Shown one piece after another: positions 1 to 7,148 of a stretch of DNA of 48,444 nucleotides. The translations under genes and the position numbers were made by a program. The DNA comes from Lachnospiraceae bacterium (GTDB taxonomy: Bacteria; Bacillota; Clostridia; Lachnospirales; Lachnospiraceae): assembly GCA_045577235.1 (NCBI GenBank), contig JAZNHY010000039.1:1-48444 (forward strand), read 5' to 3'. The number at the start of each line of letters is the position of its first letter. Position 1 is the first letter of the stretch. Below the pieces are notes generated by a model. It searched no databases and was not told where the DNA came from. It saw only the letters and a list, made by a program, of their open reading frames with translations.

Positions 1-1383
1 ATCTGCAAGGATCTTTAAGATTGCCTCTTCACATTCAGCACCCTGGCATCTTCCCATTCCGGCACTCGTCCGGCGGCGGATCCCATTAATTGTCGTAGCT
101 CCTCTTTTCACAGCATCACGTATCATCCGTTCTGTGACCAGGTTGCAGGCACAGATGATCGGTCCGTCGACTGCACTATTATACCGAAGAACAGAAAATG
201 GTTCTGGTGGAATGCGGATCGGATCATAGTTGGAATTATCTTTTACCGTTCCAATCTGTTCTAGTACTTTTTGGGCAACTACTTTGCCTAATTCATAAGC
301 ACAGGTGATCCCAGGTGTTTTAATTCCAATCAGACTGATCATTCTGTCATCTTCTGCTATGTTGAAATCTGAAAGGTGTGCAGATGGATCATCATACAGA
401 TAGGGATTTGGTCTTGCAGAACCAAACTGATTTAATAAAGTGGATGCATCCATTTCAGGAAGAATATCTCTGGTAAAGGAAAGCAATCGTTCCAAATCTT
501 CCCGATCTGTTGCATACGTTGGCTGATCATCTGAATCTGACTCAGTTGCTCCAATGATCAGATGGCGATCAAGTGTAGGGGCTAATGTCAGTGCTTTATC
601 TTTTTGTTCCGGTTCATAAAATATGACCCGGGATACGGTACGCTCTTTTCCCTGTTCATATACCAGATAATTTGCTCTGGTGTGATGAATACCGATTGTT
701 TTCGGGAACAATAATTCACGTACAGATGGGGCTTCTGATCCGGCACAATTGATCACGTACCTGGCCATATAGGTATGTTCGGTATTATCCTGGCCGCTGC
801 TGAAAGACGTTTTCAATATGATCCCTTTGTCGGATGACTCACATGATTTCACTTCTTCCATAAATCGGAAAGAAACGCCATTTGCTCTGGCATTCTCAAA
901 AGCGGCGATTCCTAATTCCCATGGATTGACGACACCTGTTGTTTCCGCATATAGCGCCTTAGTGATGCCCTTTTTCAGATTCGGCTCCATCTGCTGAGCT
1001 TCTTCCCCGCTGATCAGCCTTAGGTTTGGAACACCGTTTTGCACGCCATGTTCCAGTTTCTTTTCCAGTGAACGATCTCCATATGGGCCATAAGATATCA
1101 TAAGGGAGCCGCAGCGATAGAATGGTACTCCAAGTTCCTTACACAAATCTTCAAATTCGCTGTTGGATCTGACGGTCAGCTCCGCTTTTAAGGATCTCGG
1201 ATGCATATCATATCCTGCATAGACAATACCAGTATTGGCTTTGCTGATCATCGTGCAGACATCTTCCCGCTTTTCCAAAACGATGGTTTTCAGATCATAT
1301 GCAGATAAAGCCCTGGCAGCAAAACAGCCTAGGACACCTGCACCAATTACCACAATATCTGCATACTCAGTTGAAGAATTCAT
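1..1383 (-). CDS. FAD-dependent oxidoreductase, GlpA / glycerol-3-phosphate dehydrogenase-like, with C-terminal BFD-like [2Fe-2S] domain (C-terminus runs off the window)
   Basis: Not in the ORF track because it is open at the window edge. My translation of the reverse strand from ATG 1383-1381 gives MNSSTEYADIVVIGAGVLGCFAARALSAYDLKTIVLEKRED..., a GxGxxG Rossmann FAD fold. The frame stays open to nt 1. The last residues read ...GPIICACNLVTERMIRDAVKRGATTINGIRRRTSAGMGRCQGAECEEAILKILAD, a CxC...CxxxxC BFD-like pattern. Confidence 0.75.
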   Translation of the reverse strand, partial: MNSSTEYADIVVIGAGVLGCFAARALSAYDLKTIVLEKREDVCTMISKANTGIVYAGYDMHPRSLKAELTVRSNSEFEDLCKELGVPFYRCGSLMISYGPYGDRSLEKKLEHGVQNGVPNLRLISGEEAQQMEPNLKKGITKALYAETTGVVNPWELGIAAFENARANGVSFRFMEEVKSCESSDKGIILKTSFSSGQDNTEHTYMARYVINCAGSEAPSVRELLFPKTIGIHHTRANYLVYEQGKERTVSRVIFYEPEQKDKALTLAPTLDRHLIIGATESDSDDQPTYATDREDLERLLSFTRDILPEMDASTLLNQFGSARPNPYLYDDPSAHLSDFNIAEDDRMISLIGIKTPGITCAYELGKVVAQKVLEQIGTVKDNSNYDPIRIPPEPFSVLRYNSAVDGPIICACNLVTERMIRDAVKRGATTINGIRRRTSAGMGRCQGAECEEAILKILAD

Positions 1384-1425
1384 TCGCAAAACCTTATCTG
1401 CTCATAACAATTGTACTTGTTTAGC

Positions 1426-1431
1426 ATTATA
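1426..1431 (-). promoter_or_regulatory. Candidate -10 box (TATAAT) for the FAD-oxidoreductase gene
   Basis: The reverse strand reads gcgtTATAATgc about 45 nt upstream of the ATG. No good -35 is present (TTCTGT at 17-nt spacing). Confidence 0.3.
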
Positions 1432-1484
1432 ACGCATATTCGGATAGAACAGAAGTATTCCATTTTATTTGATTTTAAAAATAA

Positions 1485-1802
1485 GGACCTAAAAAGAGCC
1501 TTATCATTCGGGCCTGAATAGAAAAAGAAGAATCCAGGCCCTATTTTTTACAAATCAAGAGGGCTCAAATAAAGGTGGTATGGATTTAGGCTCAACAAAA
1601 TCACATGAAAATTGGGCCTGTAAAAAAGATTTGCTAATCAGGCCCGACTTTTCATCAAATAATTCGGGCCCAAAAGTAACAAACTGTTATCAGGTACTAT
1701 TATTCCTGAAAATATTAGATCCTAAAAACAGATTTCTTAAAACAGGCCCTTATCATAATATAATTTTAGATCCTAAAAGAAAGGATCTCATATATAGGCC
1801 CT
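1485..1802. repeat. Degenerate tandem array with 52-nt period (about 26-nt half period) of GGNCC-type cores separated by A/T-rich spacers
   Basis: One series of cores starts at 1485, 1537, 1589, 1641, 1693, 1745 and 1797, exactly 52 nt apart. An interleaved series starts at 1510, 1561, 1614, 1666, 1718 and 1769. See findings. Confidence 0.7.
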
Positions 1803-1920
1803 AATACGAAATCTTCCGTTCCTTGCTCAGCTACTCTTTTTGATGAGTTTAGACAATGACGTACCTTCTGCATCTCTTTTCGGCATTCAGTCTTTTCATC
1901 ACCGTTTGATTACTTCATAT

Positions 1921-1956
1921 GAAGACAAGGAGACCCCTTTGGATCTCCTTGTCTTT
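1921..1956 (-). terminator. 13-bp hairpin 2 nt downstream of the tmRNA 3' end (termination or processing hairpin)
   Basis: gaagacaaggaga (1921-1933) pairs with tctccttgtcttt (1944-1956) across a 10-nt loop. There is no clean U-run after it on the minus strand, so confidence is moderate. Confidence 0.45.
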
Positions 1957-1958
1957 CA

Positions 1959-2305
1959 TGGAGCTGGGGGGAATCGAACCCCCGTCCGAAACCTCATCCG
2001 TAAAGCTTTCTTCCACTATAGTCATTGAAATTTTATTTCCCCTGCCCGGATCCCCAATGACAGACTTCCGTTCAGAGTAGCTTCATCAATGTTCTGTGCC
2101 TGCAAAGCTTAGGGTACAGAGTTCCCCGCAATGATGACGCCGGTGCGGCAGCAGCGGGCCTCTGCCGGCCGACGAGCTGCAGCTTAGGCAGCTAAAGCTA
2201 AATTATTGTTTTTAGCGTTTATTTTTAGTTGGATCTTTTTAGGTAGTTACCCGCTACCAGTGGCTTACTCTATTTCAAAAACCCCGTCGAAACCTTTACA
2301 GCCCC
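1959..2305 (-). ncRNA. ssrA: tmRNA (transfer-messenger RNA, SsrA)
   Basis: The reverse strand starts GGGGCTGTAAAGGTTTCGACGGGG and ends GGACGGGGGTTCGATTCCCCCCAGCTCCA. This gives a T-arm GGTTCGATTCC and an acceptor stem GGGGCTG/CAGCTCC with the G3:U pair. CCA is not encoded. An internal tag ORF is present, and smpB lies nearby. Confidence 0.95.
2184..2216 (-). other. tmRNA tag reading frame encoding AKNNNLALAA plus stop
   Basis: The reverse strand reads ...AAAATAAAC GCT AAA AAC AAT AAT TTA GCT TTA GCT GCC TAA. It has the typical Ala resume codon and the ALAA C-terminus. Confidence 0.8.
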
Positions 2306-2314
2306 GTATTCAGT

Positions 2315-3265
2315 TTATTCAACTTTCGGCATATTTGGATCATACCGAAATGCAAATGGTTTATATCTCCTATCGTAACACTCTGCTCGATTTCTAACTA
2401 TAATAGCCTGTGAGCCAAGCTGCAGATACCTTTTTTTGACCAGATCCAGATCATATTCCACAGGACCAGCCAGCGGATCATTCACAAAAGCTGTCTTTTT
2501 CCCCAGATCATATCCAATCAATACCATACAGTGTTCCTGGCTGATCCAAGTAAGGGTATCCTCTCCCAGCTTGAAAGTGGATCCGTAAAAAGGTTCTTTC
2601 ATATACTGGGTTCCCCAGAAAATGACCGGATAACCTTTTCCGACTGCATTCAGCAGCGTTTCAAAGCTGTAACCAGTATAATTAAATGCCAGCAGATCCG
2701 ATTCACATACTTTGAAATAACGATTTAAAGCCAGGACAACAGCCGGTGCATAGCACCCGAGACCATATTCCGAATAAGGATCACCAACAAAAGAATAACG
2801 ATAATCCGTCTTTTTTTCTTTTACCTCAAAATACTTATTACCAAAACGAACTTTTGAAATTGGAAAATGATAGTATTTCAGGATCATATAGGACGCAGTA
2901 ATCTCGCATCCGGTTGGCATTTCCGGCTCCTGGTAGACGCATGCCATTTTTATCTGTGCCTTATCTGCTTTTACGCTGTCTTTGTCAACTTTCCGTTCCA
3001 GCGCAAGTTGGACTTCTTCACGATATCCAAAGTCATCATCCCAGATATACCAGATACCGTTTATTCTTTTCTTTATGATCTCACCGTAACTATCATAAAT
3101 GACATCCGGTTCCGGTTTTTGTTCATCCTCTTCCCCTTTCGTTTCTGTTTCTGCGGCAGGCTCAGAATCCCGTTTTATCTCCTTTGGATAAAAAGCAGCC
3201 CCGCTGCAAAACAGGAGGATAAAACACAGAAATAAGATAGTAAATAACCGTTGCCAAGCTCTCAA
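2315..3265 (-). CDS. Secreted or membrane-anchored C39-like (papain-fold) cysteine peptidase family protein
   Basis: The N-terminus is a hydrophobic signal or anchor (LFTILFLCFILLFCSGAAF), followed by an acidic linker. Candidate Cys/His/Asp residues are Q..TGCEITASYMILKYY, HCMVLIGYD and NDP, as in Peptidase_C39_2-type domains. The family call is from motif memory only. Confidence 0.55.
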   Translation of the reverse strand: MRAWQRLFTILFLCFILLFCSGAAFYPKEIKRDSEPAAETETKGEEDEQKPEPDVIYDSYGEIIKKRINGIWYIWDDDFGYREEVQLALERKVDKDSVKADKAQIKMACVYQEPEMPTGCEITASYMILKYYHFPISKVRFGNKYFEVKEKKTDYRYSFVGDPYSEYGLGCYAPAVVLALNRYFKVCESDLLAFNYTGYSFETLLNAVGKGYPVIFWGTQYMKEPFYGSTFKLGEDTLTWISQEHCMVLIGYDLGKKTAFVNDPLAGPVEYDLDLVKKRYLQLGSQAIIVRNRAECYDRRYKPFAFRYDPNMPKVE

Positions 3266-3666
3266 TGGATCAATGTAAACCCTTTTTCTTCTAAACTTTT
3301 TTCCACTTCTTCTACATTTTTGATCTTAAAGACAATTGCCTGTTTGTCTTTTTCAGTAGAAAGGACATACATATATTCAATATTATACTCGCTTGTAACG
3401 GCATCCGTCACACTTTTTAAGCTGTCAAAACCACCCGGAAGGCGAACTGCAACCACGTCTGTCAGGGATGCAGAAAAATCAACTGCACGTAATTCTTCCT
3501 TCGCAATTTCCGGATTGGAAACGATCAGCCGCAGGATTCCATATTCACTGCTTTCAGCAAGAGAGAAAGAATGAATTTCAATATTATTTGCTTCAAAAAC
3601 CTGAAAAAGATCTTCCAGTCTGCCTTCTCTGTTTTCCAGAAAAACAGATAACTGTTTCAATGCCAT
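3262..3666 (-). CDS. ACT domain-containing protein
   Basis: MALKQLSVFLENREGRLEDLFQVFEANNIEIHSFSLAESSEYGILRLIV shows the typical tandem-ACT small protein pattern that commonly follows PaaK-type ligases. It overlaps the next gene by 4 nt. Confidence 0.8.
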   Translation of the reverse strand: MALKQLSVFLENREGRLEDLFQVFEANNIEIHSFSLAESSEYGILRLIVSNPEIAKEELRAVDFSASLTDVVAVRLPGGFDSLKSVTDAVTSEYNIEYMYVLSTEKDKQAIVFKIKNVEEVEKSLEEKGFTLIH

Positions 3667-3686
3667 GAATCTGCCCTCCTCCTTTA

Positions 3687-4988
3687 TTAATCAAATTTCC
3701 GGTTATCGATCACGCGTTTTGCTTTTCCTTCACTGCGCTCGATCGATCTCGGCTCAACCAATTTAACTTTTGTTGCAAGTCCGATCATTTGCTGGATCGC
3801 ATAAGCGATCTTCTTTTCCAACTTCTCTAATTCACGGATCTCATCAGAGAAGAATTTCTCATCGACTTCCACTTTTACAGTCAGATTGTCCAGAGAACCG
3901 ACTCTGTCAACAATGATCTGATAGTTTGGTGTCGTTTCATCCAGGGAAAGAAGTGCTGTCTCAATCTGGGATGGGAATACATTCACACCACGGATGATCA
4001 GCATATCGTCACTTCTGCCTTTAAATCTGGACAGTCTGGCCGTTGTCCGGCCGCAATCACACACGTCATGTGAAATACTGGTCAGATCCCTGGTCCGATA
4101 TCTGAGAAGAGGCATCCCTTCCTTGTTCAGATTTGTAAGGACTAATTCTCCAGTAACATTATCTTCAAGAGTTTCCTTTGAATTTGGATCGATGATCTCC
4201 GGAAGGAAATAATCTTCAAAAATATGCATGCCCTTATGGTATTCGCAGTCGTTTGCCACGCCCGGACCCATCAATTCGCTCAAGCCATAGATATCAAATG
4301 CTTTGATATTCAAACGGTCCTCAATCTGGATCCGCATTGCTTCTGTCCATGGTTCTGCGCCATTGATCGTCGATTTCAGTTTGATCTGATCTTTCACGCC
4401 CATTTCTTCAATCACTTCAGCTATATGCATCAGATAAGAAGGAGTGCACATCAGACCGGTAACTTCAAAATCGATCATCATATTGATCAGTTTCTTTGTG
4501 TTGCCGGTAGACATTGGGACAACCGTAGCGCCAAGGTTTTCAACACCATAATGAGCTCCCAGACCTCCTGTAAACAATCCATATCCATAGGCAACCTGAA
4601 TAATATCATCCTTGCCAAGTCCGGCCATAGTCAGACATCTGGCCACACATTCGCTCCAGGTATCCAGATCTTTTCGCGTATAGCCGACAACGGTCGGTTT
4701 CCCCGTTGTTCCTGAAGAAGCATGTATACGAACGATCTCCGTCTTTGGCACAGCGAAAAGTCCAAATGGATAATTGTCACGAAGATCTGCTTTCGTTGTA
4801 AACGGAAGCTTATTAATATCCTCGATCCCCTTAATATCACCCGGTTCCAATCCCATCTCCTGCATCTTCTGCCGATAGAACTTCACATTGTGATATACAT
4901 TGCTGACTGCTTTTTTCAGACGGGCACTTTGAAGTTCCGTCATCTGGTCACGACTCATGCATTCTTTTGCTTCATTCCAAATTTCCAT
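3687..4988 (-). CDS. Phenylacetate--CoA ligase family protein (PaaK-type adenylate-forming enzyme)
   Basis: The protein is 433 aa. Supporting motifs are an N-terminal ...[24 protein letters not shown]...[19 protein letters not shown], the AMP-binding SSGTTGKPT, and [20 protein letters not shown] near the C-terminus. Confidence 0.85.
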   Translation of the reverse strand: MEIWNEAKECMSRDQMTELQSARLKKAVSNVYHNVKFYRQKMQEMGLEPGDIKGIEDINKLPFTTKADLRDNYPFGLFAVPKTEIVRIHASSGTTGKPTVVGYTRKDLDTWSECVARCLTMAGLGKDDIIQVAYGYGLFTGGLGAHYGVENLGATVVPMSTGNTKKLINMMIDFEVTGLMCTPSYLMHIAEVIEEMGVKDQIKLKSTINGAEPWTEAMRIQIEDRLNIKAFDIYGLSELMGPGVANDCEYHKGMHIFEDYFLPEIIDPNSKETLEDNVTGELVLTNLNKEGMPLLRYRTRDLTSISHDVCDCGRTTARLSRFKGRSDDMLIIRGVNVFPSQIETALLSLDETTPNYQIIVDRVGSLDNLTVKVEVDEKFFSDEIRELEKLEKKIAYAIQQMIGLATKVKLVEPRSIERSEGKAKRVIDNRKFD

Positions 4989-5001
4989 ACTTCCTATTCC
5001 T

Positions 5002-5466
5002 TTACTGTTTCAGATTCCGGATCTTAAGATCGCGTTCTGCTTCTCTCTTCTGGTCTTTCTTTGCGATAGCTTCTCTCTTATCATAAAGCTTTTTACCTTT
5101 GCACAATCCAATCTCCACCTTGCAAAGGCTGTCTTTAAAATAGACCTTTAAAGGGATCACTGTATATCCCTGCTGGGATGTTTTCTGCGTGATCTTTCGG
5201 ATCTCATCTTTGTGCAGCAGAAGCTTTCTGATCCTGAGAGGATCCCGGTTAAAAATATTACCTTTTTCATACGGGGAGATATTCATACCATATACAAACA
5301 TTTCTCCGTTTCGGTCTTTGATAAATGCTTCTTTGATGTTGCATTTTCCCATCCGCAGAGATTTAACTTCAGTTCCTTTCAGAGAGATCCCCGCTTCATA
5401 GGTATCTTCCACAAAGTAGTCGTGATATGCTTTTTTGTTATTTGCAATAAGTTTTATGTTTTCCAT
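5002..5466 (-). CDS. smpB: SsrA-binding protein SmpB
   Basis: [32 protein letters not shown] is the canonical SmpB N-terminus. A basic C-terminal tail is present. Confidence 0.95.
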   Translation of the reverse strand: MENIKLIANNKKAYHDYFVEDTYEAGISLKGTEVKSLRMGKCNIKEAFIKDRNGEMFVYGMNISPYEKGNIFNRDPLRIRKLLLHKDEIRKITQKTSQQGYTVIPLKVYFKDSLCKVEIGLCKGKKLYDKREAIAKKDQKREAERDLKIRNLKQ

Positions 5467-5471
5467 ATTTC

Positions 5472-5497
5472 AAAAAAACACTCTCATGTGAGAGTGT
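5472..5497 (-). terminator. Intrinsic terminator after secG
   Basis: The reverse strand reads ACACTCTC-ACAT-GAGAGTGT followed by TTTTTT. It lies 9 nt after the secG stop and ends 6 nt before the smpB ATG. Confidence 0.6.
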
Positions 5498-5506
5498 TGT
5501 AATTGA

Positions 5507-5752
5507 TCAAAGTTTTGTGAAGAGCCCCACGTTCAGCAGTATGGCCGCTACGAAGAAGATAACCATCATGATGATCGTGATCTTTTCCAGCCTTCCTTCC
5601 TTGGATCTTCCTTTATTTCTGCTCCAGTATGTATCAGAACCTCCGCTAATAGAGCCGGAAAGCCCTGCGGATTTGCCTTCCTGCAGACAGACCGCAATGA
5701 TCAAAATAACACTCGCTATGGTAACTATAATTGTTGCAATTAAGTAAAACAA
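5507..5752 (-). CDS. secG: Preprotein translocase subunit SecG
   Basis: The 81-aa protein has two TM segments flanking GKSAGLSGSISGG. It has a TTG start with a GGAGG 8 nt upstream. Confidence 0.85.
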   Translation of the reverse strand: MFYLIATIIVTIASVILIIAVCLQEGKSAGLSGSISGGSDTYWSRNKGRSKEGRLEKITIIMMVIFFVAAILLNVGLFTKL

Positions 5753-5841
5753 AACATAACCTCCATCTAATTAACAACTGCGAGAAATAATAACATAAAA
5801 AGACCCCAAAGGCAAGGATAAAAAACGGATTTTTTCTTTAT

Positions 5842-7146
5842 TTAATGCGGGATACGGTCAATCATCCAAGAGCCGAAAACATTCACTGCTTTCTGTTCGA
5901 GCAGTGATAAAGAAAAGTCTCCGTCAAAAGATAAATATGTATCATGGACGTCTGCCAGATCCTGTGTATAATCTGCCAGATAGTAAGTCTGGATGACCAC
6001 CGGGTCTCCTGTTTTATCATTATGGGTAACCACAGGTATCACTTTGGCGCTCTCTTCCTTGATATGGGTTCCCCGCTCATTCTGTTCAATGACCAGATAT
6101 GCCATACCACCTAATACCAGATCCGTGTACTGCTGATTAGAAACAAAGTTTCCTAAAGAATAATAGCAGAGTGCTTTGTTTCCATTATCGGCTGTGATCC
6201 ATTCAATATCTTCAATTACATGTGGATGTGTCCCTAAGATCAGATCCGCGCCTGCTTCCGTAAAAAGCATTGCCCAGTCTTCCTGCTCATAGGTTGGCTC
6301 CCCAACCTGATTCTCTTCACCCCAATGCGGACAGACAATTACAAAATCCGCCTGAGAAGAAGCCCTCTCTACCTGTTCTCTGATAAAGTCCCTGGTTCCG
6401 TCATTCATCACTGTGATCAGATAGTCTTCATCGTAAGGAAGTTCGTATCCGTTCAGTCCATACGTATAGTTTAAAACCGCAAAGGAAATACCGTTTACTG
6501 TAATGATAGGAATTTGTGACTCTTCTTCCGCTGATTCATGCAAGCCTACCATTAAAATCTGATCTGCATGGCTCTTCCAGAAACGAATAGCATGTCTGAT
6601 CCCGTCCGTTCCAGCATCCATCGAATGATTGGATGCCTGCAGAGCAACATCAAATCCGGCGTCTATCACAGCCAGTCCCATTTCATCCGGCGTATTAAAA
6701 CTTGGATATCCGGTATATGGACCGCCGCCTAATGGTGTTTCCACATTAGCAATGGCAAGATCTACGGAAGAAATGTCATTTTTCAATAAAGCAAACAAAG
6801 AGGAAAAATCATATCCGTCCCCTGTTTCAGCGAGATTTAAAATGGTCTCGTGCGCAATAATATCACCAACAGCAGCTAATGTGACTTGTTTTGTCCCATC
6901 TTCCTGTACAGAAGCTTCTGTGGTAACATTCTCTGTTTCCGGCTGTGGTCCGGTCTTTTTCTTGTTGTTGCAGGATATCGCGCCAAGTACAAAAGTAGCG
7001 ATCAAAGCAACTGCGACCAGGATCGTAATGATCCGGATGATCAGCCGCTGTCTTTGTTTTTTTCTTCTGGCTAAAGCTGCCTGCCTGCTTCTGTTGGCAG
7101 AACTCCTATGTGCATTGTTTCTATTCCGATTGTTTCTATTGTCCAT
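5842..7146 (-). CDS. CapA family protein (PGA_cap metallophosphatase-like), membrane- or lipid-anchored
   Basis: AAVGDIIAHE...NVETPL...SNHSMDAG...CPHWGEE...GTHPHV...YSLGNFVSNQ is the CapA/metallophosphatase motif series. The N-terminus is an Arg/Asn-rich tail followed by a TM segment. Confidence 0.8.
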   Translation of the reverse strand: MDNRNNRNRNNAHRSSANRSRQAALARRKKQRQRLIIRIITILVAVALIATFVLGAISCNNKKKTGPQPETENVTTEASVQEDGTKQVTLAAVGDIIAHETILNLAETGDGYDFSSLFALLKNDISSVDLAIANVETPLGGGPYTGYPSFNTPDEMGLAVIDAGFDVALQASNHSMDAGTDGIRHAIRFWKSHADQILMVGLHESAEEESQIPIITVNGISFAVLNYTYGLNGYELPYDEDYLITVMNDGTRDFIREQVERASSQADFVIVCPHWGEENQVGEPTYEQEDWAMLFTEAGADLILGTHPHVIEDIEWITADNGNKALCYYSLGNFVSNQQYTDLVLGGMAYLVIEQNERGTHIKEESAKVIPVVTHNDKTGDPVVIQTYYLADYTQDLADVHDTYLSFDGDFSLSLLEQKAVNVFGSWMIDRIPH

Positions 7147-7148
7147 AA

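Noticed and set aside
1485-1802. I considered whether the periodic array is a CRISPR array or a type III toxin-antitoxin (ToxI-like) RNA repeat.
   Set aside because: Only ~6-7 nt cores are conserved, whereas CRISPR repeats are conserved over 24-37 nt. Unit boundaries are fuzzy, and no cas genes or leader are present. No toxin ORF follows the array on either strand: ssrA lies on one side and a metabolic FAD oxidoreductase on the other.
1580-1804. A 74-aa plus-strand ORF (MDLGSTKSHENWACKK...) spans the repeat array. It shows recurring GP/DP dipeptides.
   Set aside because: The periodic GP/DP come from translating the GGNCC/GATCC cores. The DNA period of 52 nt is not a multiple of 3, so the cores rotate through reading frames. 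There is no Shine-Dalgarno before the ATG, and the composition is AT-rich and intergenic-like. I treat it as non-coding.
1440-2305. I considered a genomic island or prophage integrated at the tmRNA 3' end. The trigger was two short matches. cttccgttc occurs at 1813-1821 and again at 2065-2073, and agctactct at 1830-1838 is the reverse complement of 2075-2083.
   Set aside because: There is no integrase and no duplicated copy of the tmRNA 3' end (the T-arm and acceptor sequence occurs once). About one 9-mer match between segments of this size is expected by chance. It is noted, but it is not evidence of an att site.
1840-2397. Track ORFs 1840-2028 (+) and 2206-2397 (+).
   Set aside because: Both overlap the tmRNA gene on the opposite strand, and the second also overlaps the end of the peptidase CDS. 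They have no RBS or protein motifs, so I treat them as artefacts.
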